From the human T2T-CHM13v2.0 reference genome, Homo sapiens: a stretch of DNA of 64,000 nt. The stretch lies in NCBI RefSeq assembly GCF_009914755.1, contig NC_060928.1; one strand, 5' to 3'. Shown piece by piece: positions 32,736 to 54,096 of this stretch (positions are counted from its first letter, which is position 1; each line of letters opens with the position of its first letter). A program made the translations under genes and the position numbers. The notes under the pieces are model-generated. The model saw nothing but the letters and a program-made list of their open reading frames with translations. It searched no databases and was not told the origin of the DNA.

Positions 32736-32914
32736 TGAGTTACCCAGCTCTCTTTTGCTTTCCTTTTTGACAGATAAGTAGGTAGAGTTTAGGAGGCTGG
32801 CCAATTCGTTATCTAGGATAAGGTAGAGGCTAGACTTCTCATGCTCTGGAATTTTCTTGGACTCAGTTTACTCCTATTGACTTGGAATGAAGAGAAAGCT
32901 TCTTACCAGGTTGA

Positions 32915-33716
32915 GTATGGAAAAACCCAAAAATATTTTTCCTCAGCTTTCCCATAACACAGAATACTTCTGTGCCCAGATGTATGAGGTTTCTCCACGC
33001 ACCAAGCAATTCTACAGCAGGCAATAGCAGCTGAGTGTCCTGTAATTCAATTCTGACGCCATCCACCTGGAAACAGTGTCAGATCCCACAGGTCAAGGAC
33101 TCAGTCCCCAAGACTCCCCCGCTGCAAAATCTGATGATAATCGGAAGCCACAGGTTGTTTCGCCCATGCTTCTGACTGACCTCCTACCAACTGGGGTTTG
33201 CACACCCCCTTGCTGGGCTCAGTTAATTTGCTAGAGTGGCTCACAGGACTCAAGGAAATACCTACATTAACAGATTCATTATAAGGAATATTACAAAGGA
33301 TACAGGTGAAGACATGCACAGGGTGAGGTATGAGGAAATTGGAGGGCAGCTTCCACGCCCTCCCTGGGTACCACCCTACAGGAACCTCCATGTGTTCAGC
33401 TCTCCAGAAGTTCCTCAAACCCTTTTGGGTTTTTATGGAAGCTTCATTACATAGATACAATTAATTCACTGTTAGCCATTGGTAATCAACTTAACCTCAG
33501 CCTCTCTCTCTTCCCGGGAGGCTGGGGGTGGGGCTGAAAGTCCCAACTCTCTAATCCTGCCTTGGTCTTTCCTGTGACCAGCCCCTATACTGAAGCTACC
33601 TGCGTGCTGCCAGCCTTCAGTCAACTTATTAGCATACAAAAAGACAGCACTTTGGAGGTTCTAAGGGTTTTAGCTGTATGCCAAGAGGCCACGGAAGACC
33701 AAATATATATTTCACA
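32915..33716 (-). mobile_element. MER21-like LTR
   Basis: Reverse-complement similarity to the MER21-like element at 41319-43535 (e.g. CTGAAAGTCCCAACTCTCTAATC, CAATTCAATTCT-like segment). Confidence 0.6.
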
Positions 33717-33949
33717 TGATCATGTAGGTGTTCCTTGTTTGTCTCACCAACCATCTGACAGGTTCCTCCAGGGCCTCAGATGAGTCTTTTCACTCTGTAG
33801 TCCCAGTACCTAGCACAATGCCTGACAGACAAATTGTAAGCACTCTATAAATGTTGAATGGAAACTGTAGATACCCCAGGGATTGTCTGTACATTTAGGG
33901 CTAAACCTGCTAACACGGCTGCCACAGTAACACAGGACATCTCCCTCTA

Positions 33950-34175
33950 GATAGCTTAGCATGGTGGCTCAGAGCACAGAGTCTACAATAAGACTCTTGA
34001 GTTCAAATCCCAACCCTGCCATTTCATAATATACTGTGACCCTGGTCAGATTACTTGTTTTCCCTCAGTGAACTGAGGATATCTCCTAAGGTTGATGAGA
34101 GGATTACATGAGTTAATGTTTAGAAACCCGCTTAGCATAGAGGCTGGCACGAAGCTGAGAGCTATATCAAGTGTT
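33950..34175 (+). mobile_element. MIR
   Basis: GAGTTCAAATCCCAACCCTGCCA...TGTGACCCTGG. Confidence 0.7.
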
Positions 34176-34345
34176 GATAAGTAAATAGAACAGTTTTCTT
34201 AGCCTTACTGACATCTTTAATGGTGTCAAACTATGGGGGATATTTAGAATAATTTACATGGTTCTATAGTACTTTAACTTGTTAGACATCTTTCCTGCTG
34301 TTATCTCTTTAAAAATTCTCATATCACTTCTACTTTGAAGGAAGA

Positions 34346-35357
34346 TTATTAAATGAATTTATGGGAGGCCACTGCTTTGGACTGAGCTCCTGCACTAGGC
34401 CCACCAGACCAGACCAAACCAAACCAGAATGGAGTTCCTCATGCTAGGTGCCACATAATCAAACTGAACTTTGAATGGGCCAGTTTTCAAAAAACAGGAG
34501 ACACAGGAACCAGTCACAAGGGGCCTAGTTTACCTGAGCCAGCATGACAAAAAGTTCCCTCTGTTTTAACTCTGTAAGGAAAGTAACTTTGAAATGACCG
34601 ATCAACTCTTTGTTACCTGTTTCAGCCCCTTTTTGCCTATAAAGCTGTAAATGAAAGGTATCTGAGGCAGGTCGCAATCAATTTAGAAAGTTTATTTTGC
34701 CAAGGTTTAGGATGTGTCTGTGGCACAACCTCAGGAGGTCCTGACAACACGTGCTAAGGTGGGTGGGGCACAGCTTGGTTTTATACTTTGGGAAGACATG
34801 AGACATCAATCAATACATGTAAGATGTACATTGGTTTGGTCTGGAAAGCTGTGACAACTCAAAGTGGGGGTTTTCAGGTCACAGGGAGATTTAAAGATTT
34901 TCTGATTGGGGATTGGTTGAAAGAGTTATTAAATAGAAAGGATGTCTGGGATACAATAAGGGGTTGTGGAGACCAAGGTTTTATCAGACAGATGAAGCCT
35001 CCAGAGGACATGCTTCAGAGAGAATAGATTGTAAATGTTTCTTATCAGACTTAAAGAGTCTGTTCTATCTGTAATTCCAAAAGGGGGGAAGGTATAATGA
35101 AGCATATCTGTTTCCCTCTTCCCATCATGGCCTGGATTAGTTTTTCAGGTTAACTTGTAACGCCCTTGCCAAGAGGAGGGACCTGTTCAGATAGTGGGAG
35201 GCTCAGAATTTTATTTTTGGTTTACAAAGCCAATCTCTTCTGCTCAGCCCATCAGAGCACCTGTCTATTTTTACAGAGATGTTGTCTAATTCATGAATTG
35301 CTAATTAAGCCAATTAGATCTTTAAACTAAATTTGTTGTAATTTTGTCTTTTGACAA
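34346..35357 (+). mobile_element. ERV1 LTR interrupted by a MER4-type LTR (34646-35226, minus)
   Basis: Inner LTR bounded by TG...CA with 4-bp TSD AAGC; host LTR family not determined. Confidence 0.7.
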
Positions 35358-35531
35358 TGTTATCGTTTCTATTTTAGGGAAGCAGAAACTGGAGTTCAGA
35401 TTGGGGAAGTGGCAGCTAGCTAGAGGATCCCAGAGCTGTCACTAGCCAAACTACACAAAACACAATGGAGAAAAGGTGGATATGGGAGCTGGGGCAGGGA
35501 GGGGAGGATTCTGAGTTGAAATGAACTGTGA

Positions 35532-35901
<370 letters not shown>

Positions 35902-36199
35902 TAGTCATAGTTTGCCTGTGAATTTCTCATGCTGAAAAACGAGGTGCTCAACAAACTCCAAGGAAAGTTCAGATGTCAACTTTGAATTTTCTGGAATTTA
36001 CTTGATGCAATTTTCAATTATGCCTTTCTCCATGGAGGTTTCATAGTTGGTATCAGTGCCGCGACATGAGGGACATTTACATCAGGGCTTGAACATAAAG
36101 TAGATGGGCCTATGGCTCATAGATAAACATTCACAACAAGCTTCCATCAGTGACTTGGTCGGCGGTGGTGGGGATTTAGGAGAAATTTATGAAGAGAAT

Positions 36200-36671
36200 T
36201 GTAGGAGAGCAGTCAGGGTGGTAGGAAAAATTATAGGAAAAGGATGCAAACCTTCTCGGAAGGCTGGGAGTTTGCATAGCTTCAGAAGAGAGTTTGGCTG
36301 AAGGCAGCTGAATTCTCTTAAGAGCTTAGGTTAGATAACAAGGGGATGTAAAGAAACTGATCTAGATAAGTTAGTTTACTTAGGCTCAGAACCTGGCCTT
36401 TAATCATCCATGTGGGACTACTCTCTCCAGGGAGGGCAACCATGTTAATTACCCACAAGAGGGTTGACTCAAAGCCTTTGTCATTAAATCTGTACTAAAT
36501 AAATGCCTGCAGCACCAACTTGTCAGGGCCATGGCTGCTGACTCCTTACAGCACCCTCCTCAGGGTCTGTGCATGGCCCAGTCCCCTAGCCTGCTCTTTC
36601 ACTGGATACTGGTGTCTTGAGTGCATTCTTTCATCCATCGTTCGGCCAGCGTCTGTGGGTTGGACCTGGCA
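36200..36671 (+). mobile_element. LTR22 (HERV-K/HML-5) solo LTR
   Basis: TGTAGGAGAGCAGTCAGGGTGGT start, CCTGGCA end; 5-bp near-TSD AGAAT/AGCAT. Confidence 0.75.
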
Positions 36672-36779
36672 AGCATCCATAGAAATCATGTTAATATTTT
36701 AGTAGGATAACTTTAGGGACGCAAATGTACTAGAATGGTCCTGAGTCTAGCCCATCTTTCTTTTTCATGAGCTCATTGA

Positions 36780-40915
<4,136 letters not shown>

Positions 40916-41318
40916 AGTGAACATAGGATATGGAAATGTAATAAACTCCCATAGAAGACTGTTAGATTACAGATGTTTAACATTGTCTCATCTCTGGCAT
41001 CTCCCTTGCCGCCATCTTCTAAGGCTTCAAATCTCCATCACTTCTCCAGCATGGGGTCCTCCTTCCTCCATTTTCCACCTTCATAGGCTCTTCTGCACTG
41101 GCCAGTTATATTCAGCTACTGAAAAAAAATCCCTAATCTCAAACTTTCTGGGGAGATGGATTTGAGGTTTCCTCCTGTCTTCTTGTTTGGTGGCCCTATG
41201 ATTAAACCTCTTTCTCTGCTGCAACCAGTTGTCTTGGTGTACTGACTTGATGCGTGCATTGTAAATACTGCCTACCGGTACAAAGATGAGTCCTTAGCTA
41301 CAGGATTTATATATATAT

Positions 41319-43535
<2,217 letters not shown>

Positions 43536-44367
43536 AAAGTAGGAGAGAGAGGCAGATGGAAGTTTAAAGTCCAAACGTGAGTTAAAGAGAAATAGTAAAA
43601 ACTGCTGGCCAATGCTGTCTTCTCACTTGGTTCATGGGTAAGACAGAAAGGACTGTGACATAGACATCAGCAGCATTTCTTCAGGCGTGATCCTAGGAAC
43701 AATGGCATGGGGATCACCTGAAGTGCTTGTTAGACCCTGACGAAGATTCTCTCCCTCGCCATTCTCTAAGCAGGCACCTCTGAACTCTCTTCTCCACCAG
43801 GCACTGACTTCTGGACCTCTTTGTTCATCTTTGCATTGTCCGATTTTAGCCAGAAGCCTGCTAAGTCAGTTTACCTAGAACGCCCCAACCCTGATATCTG
43901 ATTGGGTTCCTCACCCTCCACCAACCCCCAGGTGACGTCTGATCACTCTGGCCTGCCTTCAGCAAGAATCCTGTTAGAGTCGATTTAGCTGGAATCCGAC
44001 TATATCCCTGATGTCTCCTCTGATCCTCCCGCCACCCCCGCCAACTCAACTATAAATTCCCACTTTTCCTTGTATTTGGAGTAGAGCCTAATTTCTTGCC
44101 CCAACTGACTGCAAAACCCCATCGTGGCATTCTCTACAGCTATTGCAATAGTCCCCCTGAACAATGTCTGCCTTATCCTTCTTTATCGAGTGTCATGAAC
44201 AATCTTTTTCTTTAACAACATGAAGATTCTTGAGTCTGTGCATCTCTTTAACAACATGAAGAACCAGAATCCTAGAGTATGAAGACCTGGCATTGTCATT
44301 TTTAATATGATGACTATGATACATGTTAAAGTTTGAGAACTATGGCCTGTCAAAATGAAGAGTTGCT

Positions 44368-44995
<628 letters not shown>

Positions 44996-45754
44996 GCCTT
45001 TTACTTTTATATACAATATTAGAGCTGAAAGGGCCTGAGTCTTCAAATGTAGACAACAGAAGTTGTAATTTGGCCAAGATCACTTTATCAGTGGCTTAAC
45101 AGGCTGGAATCCAAATATCCTAGGCCACACACCCACATGCGTACTGCATTTGACTTGAATCTGTTATCTATTATTTCTTAATTGTCTATGCAATGGACCC
45201 ACAGACTTTCACATGTGAACACTTACTTTTTCTTGCTCTGGATCAACTGAAATTCAGACAAATCTGAAAAGAAATGACTTAAATTGGAGTATTTATTTAA
45301 TCTATGGAAAGTTCTGACATCTTACTGATAATGATGACATAATAAAGGGCACAACAAGCATGTTTTATTAAAAAGTTTCTAACGGACAGATCAGTGCCAT
45401 TTCTAGTCACAGCTGCTTCTCACTGCCTGAGTCTCACCAAGGAGAGAAATTTTTTGAGTTCAAGTTTATTTCAAGTGTTAAGTGAAATTTTATTTTAGTG
45501 GATTAGAGTATTGCTTCCCGAATGCGGTTTCAACTTGCAAAATGTTAGATCCTGAGGAATGTGTGTGTGTGCATGTGTGACAAGCCTTTCCTTGGAAGTA
45601 TTATCCTTTAATCTGGGATTATGTCCCTACTTATTTTGGGGTTGAGAGGGAAATGAGGAGGTGGGAGTTAAAATGTCTTTCTTGTTATGAATAATGGGTG
45701 ATAGCTTTAAAAAATCTGGCAAAAATGAATGATGGATTTTTTTCAAATCCATAA

Positions 45755-46083
<329 letters not shown>

Positions 46084-46271
46084 ACATTATTTTATTACTG
46101 TTCCCACATAGTGAATCTCATTTTAGCATAAAGTCAATGTCCATACAGAAGAGCACACACCCAACATCCTCACCCTGAGTTCCACATCATTTCTATAATG
46201 GTCTCTTGCATGCCACTTCATTCTTCTTAGTCCCACCATTTTCATGACCAAATGTGTGCCCCTCCAATTCA

Positions 46272-46450
46272 ACCTGTTTCTGACCACGGCCTCCATCACT
46301 GACCTGTTTCTGACCACAGCCTCCATCACTGACCTGTTTCTGACCACAGCCTCCATCATTGACCTGTTTCTGACCACAGCCTCCATCATTGACCTGTTTC
46401 TGACCACAGCCTCCATCACTTACCTGTTTCTGACCACAGCCTCCATCATT
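46272..46450. repeat. Minisatellite, six copies of 30-bp ACCTGTTTCTGACCACAGCCTCCATCAYTG
   Basis: Directly visible tandem array with near-identical units; explains the repeat-peptide ORFs at 46123-46522. Confidence 0.97.
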
Positions 46451-47289
46451 CAGTGTTAGTGTTCCACTCCTCCCACAACAGTGGATCTTCACGTCCATCA
46501 GGGCCATCGGGCCATGGATCACACGTCTTATTCCCTATTAGTCCCTTCTTTTCATTTCTCTGTCTATCCAGCTTGGAGTCCATGGTTCATCAATTTGGAA
46601 AGTCATTTTGCAGTACTCCAAAATCTGTGGCTCCTGTCTTTTTAAAATCAATGTGGGAAAAAGCCCAAAGCTGGACAAAGCCAACACATGCGCTATCCAT
46701 GGCAGTACCCAAGCAGCCGAGGGTCATCAGGTAGATTCACACAGCCGCACGGCCTGGAACCACTGCACATTTGTAATCGCTGGTTTCAACTGGGCCCCTA
46801 CACATGGCCCAGCAACGTTACTAATCTCTGGTCAACTCCCATTCGTGACAATGATTGTTTCAAGCCTGCCTTACTCTTCTAGCCCTCAATCTATCATCTC
46901 CCTAACTTTGAACAGAGTTCTTGTCTTCTGCTTCACAGAAAATATAGAAGTTACAGTAAGGGAACTTCCTGCCACAAAACTACAAATGTAGCTTCACACC
47001 CAGCCCATTAAAAAAAAAATAAAAAAGGTTCTTCACTTCTTCACACTCCACCCCCAGCTAGGCTAGAATTTACTGCTTGGGTTCTTAGGAACTCTATACT
47101 GTCAGTTACCTTTCCCTCTAGTTAATTTTCAGTGTTTCTCTTAACTGGATCCCCACCATCAGCATTAAACCTATTCAAAGCTCTCTCACTTAAAAACAAA
47201 ACCCCCAAATCTTCCAACTCACCTTCTTCTCCAGCTCCTTCCCTCTCTCCTGTGTGGAAGCTCCAGTGTATCTAACCTGTCTCCTTCAC

Positions 47290-48285
47290 TATCAGGGGAA
47301 ACCAGCCCCCGATATTTCACATAGGTTCTTTTCTATTTCTCTAAGTGTTGGCCGGTCTAGAAATAAAGGGAAAGAGTACAAGAGAGAAATTTTAAAGCTG
47401 GGTGTCCGGGGGAGACATCACATGTCGGCAGGTTCCGTGATGCCCCCTGAGCCGTAAAACCAGCAAGTTTTTATTAGCAATTTTCAAAGGGGAGGGAGTG
47501 TACAAATAAGGTGTGGGTCACAGAGATCACATGCTTCAAGGGTGACGAAAGATCACAAGGCAGAAGGTCAGGGTGAGATCACAAGGTCAGGGCAAAACTG
47601 GAATCACTAATGAACTTCTATGTCCCACTGTGCTCACATTGTCATTGATAAACATCTTAACAGGGTTCAAGAGCAGAGAACTGGTCTGACTAGAATTTGC
47701 CAGGCTGGAATTTCCTAATCCTAGCAAGCCTGGGGGCGTTGCAGGAGGCCAGGGTGTGTTTCATCCCTTATCTGCAACTGCATAAGGCAGACACCCCCAG
47801 AGCGGCCATTTCAGAGGCCCCCTCCCCTCCCCAGAATGCATTCTTTTCCCAGGGCTGTTAATTATTAATATTCCTTACTGGAGAAAGAATTCAGTGATAT
47901 TTCTCTTACCCATTTTTGGTAATAAGAGAAATATGGCTCTGTTCTGCCCGGCCCACAGGCAGCCAGACTTTAAGGCTATTTCCTTTGTTCCCTGAAAAAT
48001 CGCTATTATCCTATTCTTAAGGTGCCCAGATTTCACACTGTTCAAACACACATGCCCTATGAACAATTTGTGCAGGTAACACAATCATCACAGGGTCCTG
48101 AGGCGACAGACATCCTCAGCTTACGAAGATGACGGGACCAAGAGATCAAAGCAAAAACAGGCATAGGAAACCACAAGAGTATTGACTGGGGAAGTGATAA
48201 AGGTTCATGAAATCTTCACAATTTATGTTCCTCTGTCAGAGCCTCAGCAGGTCCCTCCGTTCGGGGTCCCTGACTTCCCGGAACA
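47290..48285 (-). mobile_element. MER11 (HERV-K/HML-8) solo LTR, same orientation as CASP3
   Basis: Minus strand starts TGTTCCGGGAAGTCAGGGACCCCGAACGGAGGGACC; perfect 6-bp TSD CTTCAC (47284-47289 / 48286-48291); AATAAA at 47475-47470. Confidence 0.9.
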
Positions 48286-49334
48286 CTTCACAGCTGAGTT
48301 GCTGCCATTTTTTAACACCAAAACAACGTTGTGATGAAAAGCTCATATATAATTTTGTACACACACAGGTGTATGGGTAGGCTGGATTCCAAGAAATGGG
48401 ACTGCTACTTCAAAGAATAATTTGATAGGTATTGTCAGATTCCCCTCCACAGAGTATTTTACCGTATCATACTCCCACCAACGGGAGAGTATACATTTCC
48501 CACATCTTGCCAACAGAATATGTCACCAAACTGGGGTTTTTGCCGGTCTGATAGACGACAGATACTTTAATGTGCATTTCTCTTATTATGATGCAGATCA
48601 AGCTGTTTATTGAATTTAAGGGACATTTGGGTTTTCTTTTTTCTGTGAACTGTTTGTTCATGTCCTTGGCTCATTTTCCTATTGGGTTGCTGGTCTTTTC
48701 CTTTGTATCTGAAACCTCTTTACTTAACAGGGAGACTAGAATAAGCCAGATTTTCCTCAACACTATAGAACCACCGCTTTCATATGGCCTTAAAGAACTC
48801 ATTTATGCTACTCTCTACTCCTCAGAAACAGAAGTCTCCTTTTCCTAGTTAGGACAATTTATTTTGTTTCTGATTTAAAAGTAATATATTTTCATTACAG
48901 AAATATTGGAAGAAATTTAAAACCACCCACAACCCCACTTTCCTATATTCCTTTTCTAAGCATATGAAGTAAAAAGACAGCAAATTCCTCTGTCAAAATC
49001 CCAGCGCCCAGAGGCCATCAGTAAACATCAACGGCTTGTTGTATATCCTCTTAGGTTGTTCTTCCCATTAGACACTTATCTTGTGGAAAAAGTTTCAAAT
49101 TCACACATATGGTCATATTTAAGGCCTGAGATCTATGCAAACAAAGTATCTTCCTGGCATTGTGGTCATTTCAGGGTCAGGAACTTCTGCGAGGACTTGG
49201 GAAGCATAAGCGATCTGTCTGCCCTGATCTAACTGCCACCACCTCAAAAAACTAGGCTAGGGTTCTGGTGCTTCCTCTTTGACTCTTCCAAATCAAGCTT
49301 CTGATTAAAAACATTTTAACTTCCAATTAGTGGC

Positions 49335-49401
49335 ACAACATCAAAAACAACAGCAACAAAAAACTCAAAGACATTGGTAATTTTAAGTTTGAATGTATAT
49401 T
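49335..49401 (-). terminator. Putative distal cleavage/polyadenylation site of CASP3
   Basis: Minus strand reads AATATA, then ~25 nt later TGTCTTTGAGTTTTTTGTTGCTGTTGTTTTTGATGTTGT. Several TGTA motifs lie upstream (49432-49500). Confidence 0.6.
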
Positions 49402-49724
49402 TTGAAATAAAAATGGAAAATAACAAATTTGTACAAAATTGTCACATAGAAACACACTTTAAGATACCATTACATGCTATGTGTATTTACAAAAGTTACA
49501 GGTCTAGTAAGAAAAAAGAAACTGTCATTGACAAATGCGAGCTCATTTTTTGAGCAACAAGAAATCTCCCGTGAAATGTCATACTGACAGCCAGTGAGAC
49601 TTGGTGCAGTGACGGCTCCGCACCTGCTGAGGCCTGGAGCCTGCCTCCCGGGCTGAGTGCTCAGCTCTGGCCTCCGGCTGGATGCCGTCTAGAGTCCTAT
49701 GTGCTCATAGGTCTTTTTCTTTCA

Positions 49725-49766
49725 GTAAACAGTATAAAACATTACTATTTTCCTTTGATTGTAAAC
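49725..49766 (-). promoter_or_regulatory. Two miR-30 seed sites (7mer-m8 at 49725-49731; 7mer-A1 at 49760-49766)
   Basis: Plus strand GTAAACA and TGTAAAC. Confidence 0.5.
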
Positions 49767-50188
49767 TTCAACAGAAAATAACATACTTAAGAATTTTGCT
49801 ACAAAGAGTACTATGATTTTTATTGCCTCACCACCTTTAGAACATTTCCACTTCACAAGTTTCTGATTTGCTTCACTTTCTTACTTGGCGATGGCGCCCT
49901 GGCAGCATCATCCACACATACCAGTGCGTATGGAGAAATGGGCTGTAGGCCCTTCCTGCGTGGTCCATGGCTCTGCCTTCATGGAACAGGCTGAGTCATG
50001 TCTCTGCTCAGGCTCAAACCATCTACTCTCAAGTTACAGGCAGCTCAGCCCATTCATTTATTGCTTTCCTTATATTCCACTGTTTATTATTTAAGTTGTA
50101 TTTTCATATGTTCCTATAGAATTTATTCACATTACCTGGCTAATAATCAACAGTTTGGGGTTTTTATATAATAGCTCTTCAGATATAT

Positions 50189-50249
50189 TGCTGGTATATG
50201 AAGCTCAACTGATATGCATAGGGACAAATCAGAAGATATTTATGCTGGT
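50189..50249 (-). promoter_or_regulatory. Two miR-138 7mer-A1 seed sites
   Basis: Plus strand TGCTGGT at 50189-50195 and 50243-50249. Confidence 0.45.
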
Positions 50250-50745
50250 AGATCCAGGGGCATTGTAGCACCTTACAGTTAAAACTCCACCCCTCTATGA
50301 ATGTTAAGTTTTAGCCTTAAAAGTCAAGTTAGTTTGCTCACACTTTCTCTCACATAAAATATTAGTTTCTTTCTCAATATTAAACATTATTATTATTTTT
50401 TTACAACAAAAGTGTTCAGGACAAACATCACAAAACCATAATCCCAGATAAATGGTCTAAAAATGCAGTTAAGTCATCCGTGTATATCAATTCTAAAATA
50501 AAGGTTTGAGCCTTTGACCATGCCCACAGATGCCTAAGTTCTTCCACATCATCATTTCTACAGTTTGACAAAACTAGAATACACAGTCTTAAGTGGGGGG
50601 AATATCATAAAAATTCGTTACTTCAATGTTTAACTTTTTCACAATTACTTGAAAATTCATAGCACAGCATCACTGTAACTTGCTAATCATGAAAGCTGTA
50701 AATTAACAATCATTGCCTCTCATAATGACTGCACCAGTATCCATT

Positions 50746-50755
50746 TTTATTTATT
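50746..50755 (-). terminator. Overlapping canonical AATAAATAAA, candidate proximal poly(A) signal
   Basis: Plus strand TTTATTTATT, about 200 nt after the stop codon. Confidence 0.4.
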
Positions 50756-50793
50756 CCTAATTTAATTCAATTGCAACTACCTGACTGGAAGTT

Positions 50794-50801
50794 TGAGGTA
50801 G
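50794..50801 (-). promoter_or_regulatory. let-7/miR-98 8mer seed site (CUACCUCA) in CASP3 3'UTR
   Basis: Plus strand TGAGGTAG is identical to let-7 nt 1-8. Confidence 0.7.
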
Positions 50802-50953
50802 CTTCATAGTGGTTCTATTTGATGGAAGGAGTATGTCTTAAAGTACCCTCTGCAGCATGAGAGTAGGTCAAAATGAGAGGGAAATACAGTACCAAATATA
50901 CCATCTTCTCACTTGGCATACAAACTAAAAAAAACCACCAACCAACCATTTCT

Positions 50954-51235
<282 letters not shown>

Positions 51236-52159
51236 CTATAAATTATTATGTAGTCATAAAGGCAAAAATAAGCATAAACTTACATAAGTCTCATTAGTCA
51301 TACAAATAAAAAAAAAAAAGACACCTTTGGTTTCAGAAGAAATGATGCTGAAGGACGAATGTGTGCTATGCGTACACCCCCTGCTTTCAGCAAAGCTGGC
51401 CGGGGACCAGCTTCACGAACACTGAATTATTGAAAGTTTTACTTTCTGGACTCCCCTTTCAATAGGCAAGAAGAGCAAACACGCAGAAGGTAAGATGCAA
51501 AAGTAAAGATGTATAAAAAGGATCATTGTAAGTAGCACAGTGTTCCAATCAGATTTCACCTTATTTTAATACTGACTTAGCCAAGAAACAAATTGCTTTG
51601 AGTGTCCTACTTGTCTACAGAGCATCTGAATAAAGTATAATAAACACACTACCAAGTATTGGTCCAAAAAGGGAAAATAGTATATTTATCATACTTTTTT
51701 TTCTAGGTTAACTATTAGACCCATTGCTTTTAACTTAGAGGTACTTTGCTTGGAAAGATGCCTAGAGGATAAGATAAACCATATTGAGCATATTTTAAAA
51801 TGCAACACTGCTTAAGAATACATTTACCTAAAGTTTCCAAACTCTCCGACACCCTTAGCTGTGTGAGTAAATGGTGGTATAATCCACAAATGTTTATTTA
51901 GATGATGACGTGTGCAGCAGAACAGTAAAAACGTGGAGGTTAACGGCACATTCATGTATCGTTTTTTACCTTCTTTTCTCCCACTCCACATCTATCCTCT
52001 TGTATACTAGTCATGTTTATCTTTTTTATTTACTACCTTTCAAATAACTCCTGAGAAACGTACCTCTCTTCTTCTCTAAGATGCAGGGGAAGCTCTGACT
52101 TGGCCTCTGTTGCCACGTAATATTCTACCTGATATTAGTAGCGGAGATCTACCTGATAA

Positions 52160-52498
<339 letters not shown>

Positions 52499-52642
52499 TA
52501 TATATGCATATTTTCTAGCCAAACTTTTGGCTAAAGACAACTTTTTGAGACTTCTCTTTGATGAAGGTTCCCTAAAATATAGACAAGTTTTGATATCTTT
52601 AGGGATATCAAAATCTTGACAGTCTCTGAAACACACTTTTCA

Positions 52643-53256
<614 letters not shown>

Positions 53257-53436
53257 GTTAATTATGCTGAGTCTTTTTGATATAAGTATAAAATTAAAAT
53301 TTACTCTATATCTTTTAAGTGGTAAATAAATGAAAAGTAACAATAGTTCATTAGCTTCAGGAAAAAAATTATCCTTTGGATAATTTACAGTTGAGAATAG
53401 TAACCCCTGCTTAATCGTCAATAACCAAATCACTCA

Positions 53437-53667
<231 letters not shown>

Positions 53668-53931
53668 TTATTCAACAACTTCAGATATACTGTATGGGAA
53701 CATGATGAAGAAACTGAGACTAAAACTAAGAGGTCATCTTAACCTAACCTGGGGCACGGCAACACATCTCAAACCATTTTAGGAAGTTGGCATAAATAAC
53801 TTTTTTTAAACTTCTTACTAAAGTATGTAAGATTAGGGTTATGTACAGTATAATTCCACAATTCTCATATTTTATTATACATATAATTATTGCTAGACCA
53901 TAGTATAAAATTAATTGTACAATGAAGTTCA

Positions 53932-54096
<165 letters not shown>

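Larger units (their letters stand above)
49378..50953 (-). other. CASP3: CASP3 3'UTR (distal end approximate)
   Basis: Alu-free AT-rich sequence after the stop. End inferred from variant signal AATATA (49401-49396) followed by a GU/U-rich tract (49375-49335). Confidence 0.75.

Noticed and set aside
46123-46522. Repeat-peptide ORFs (MMEAVVRNRS)n and (DGGCGQKQV)n; superficial CRISPR resemblance
   Set aside because: Product of a 30-bp tandem repeat. Units are contiguous with no unique spacers, there are no cas genes, and the DNA is eukaryotic.
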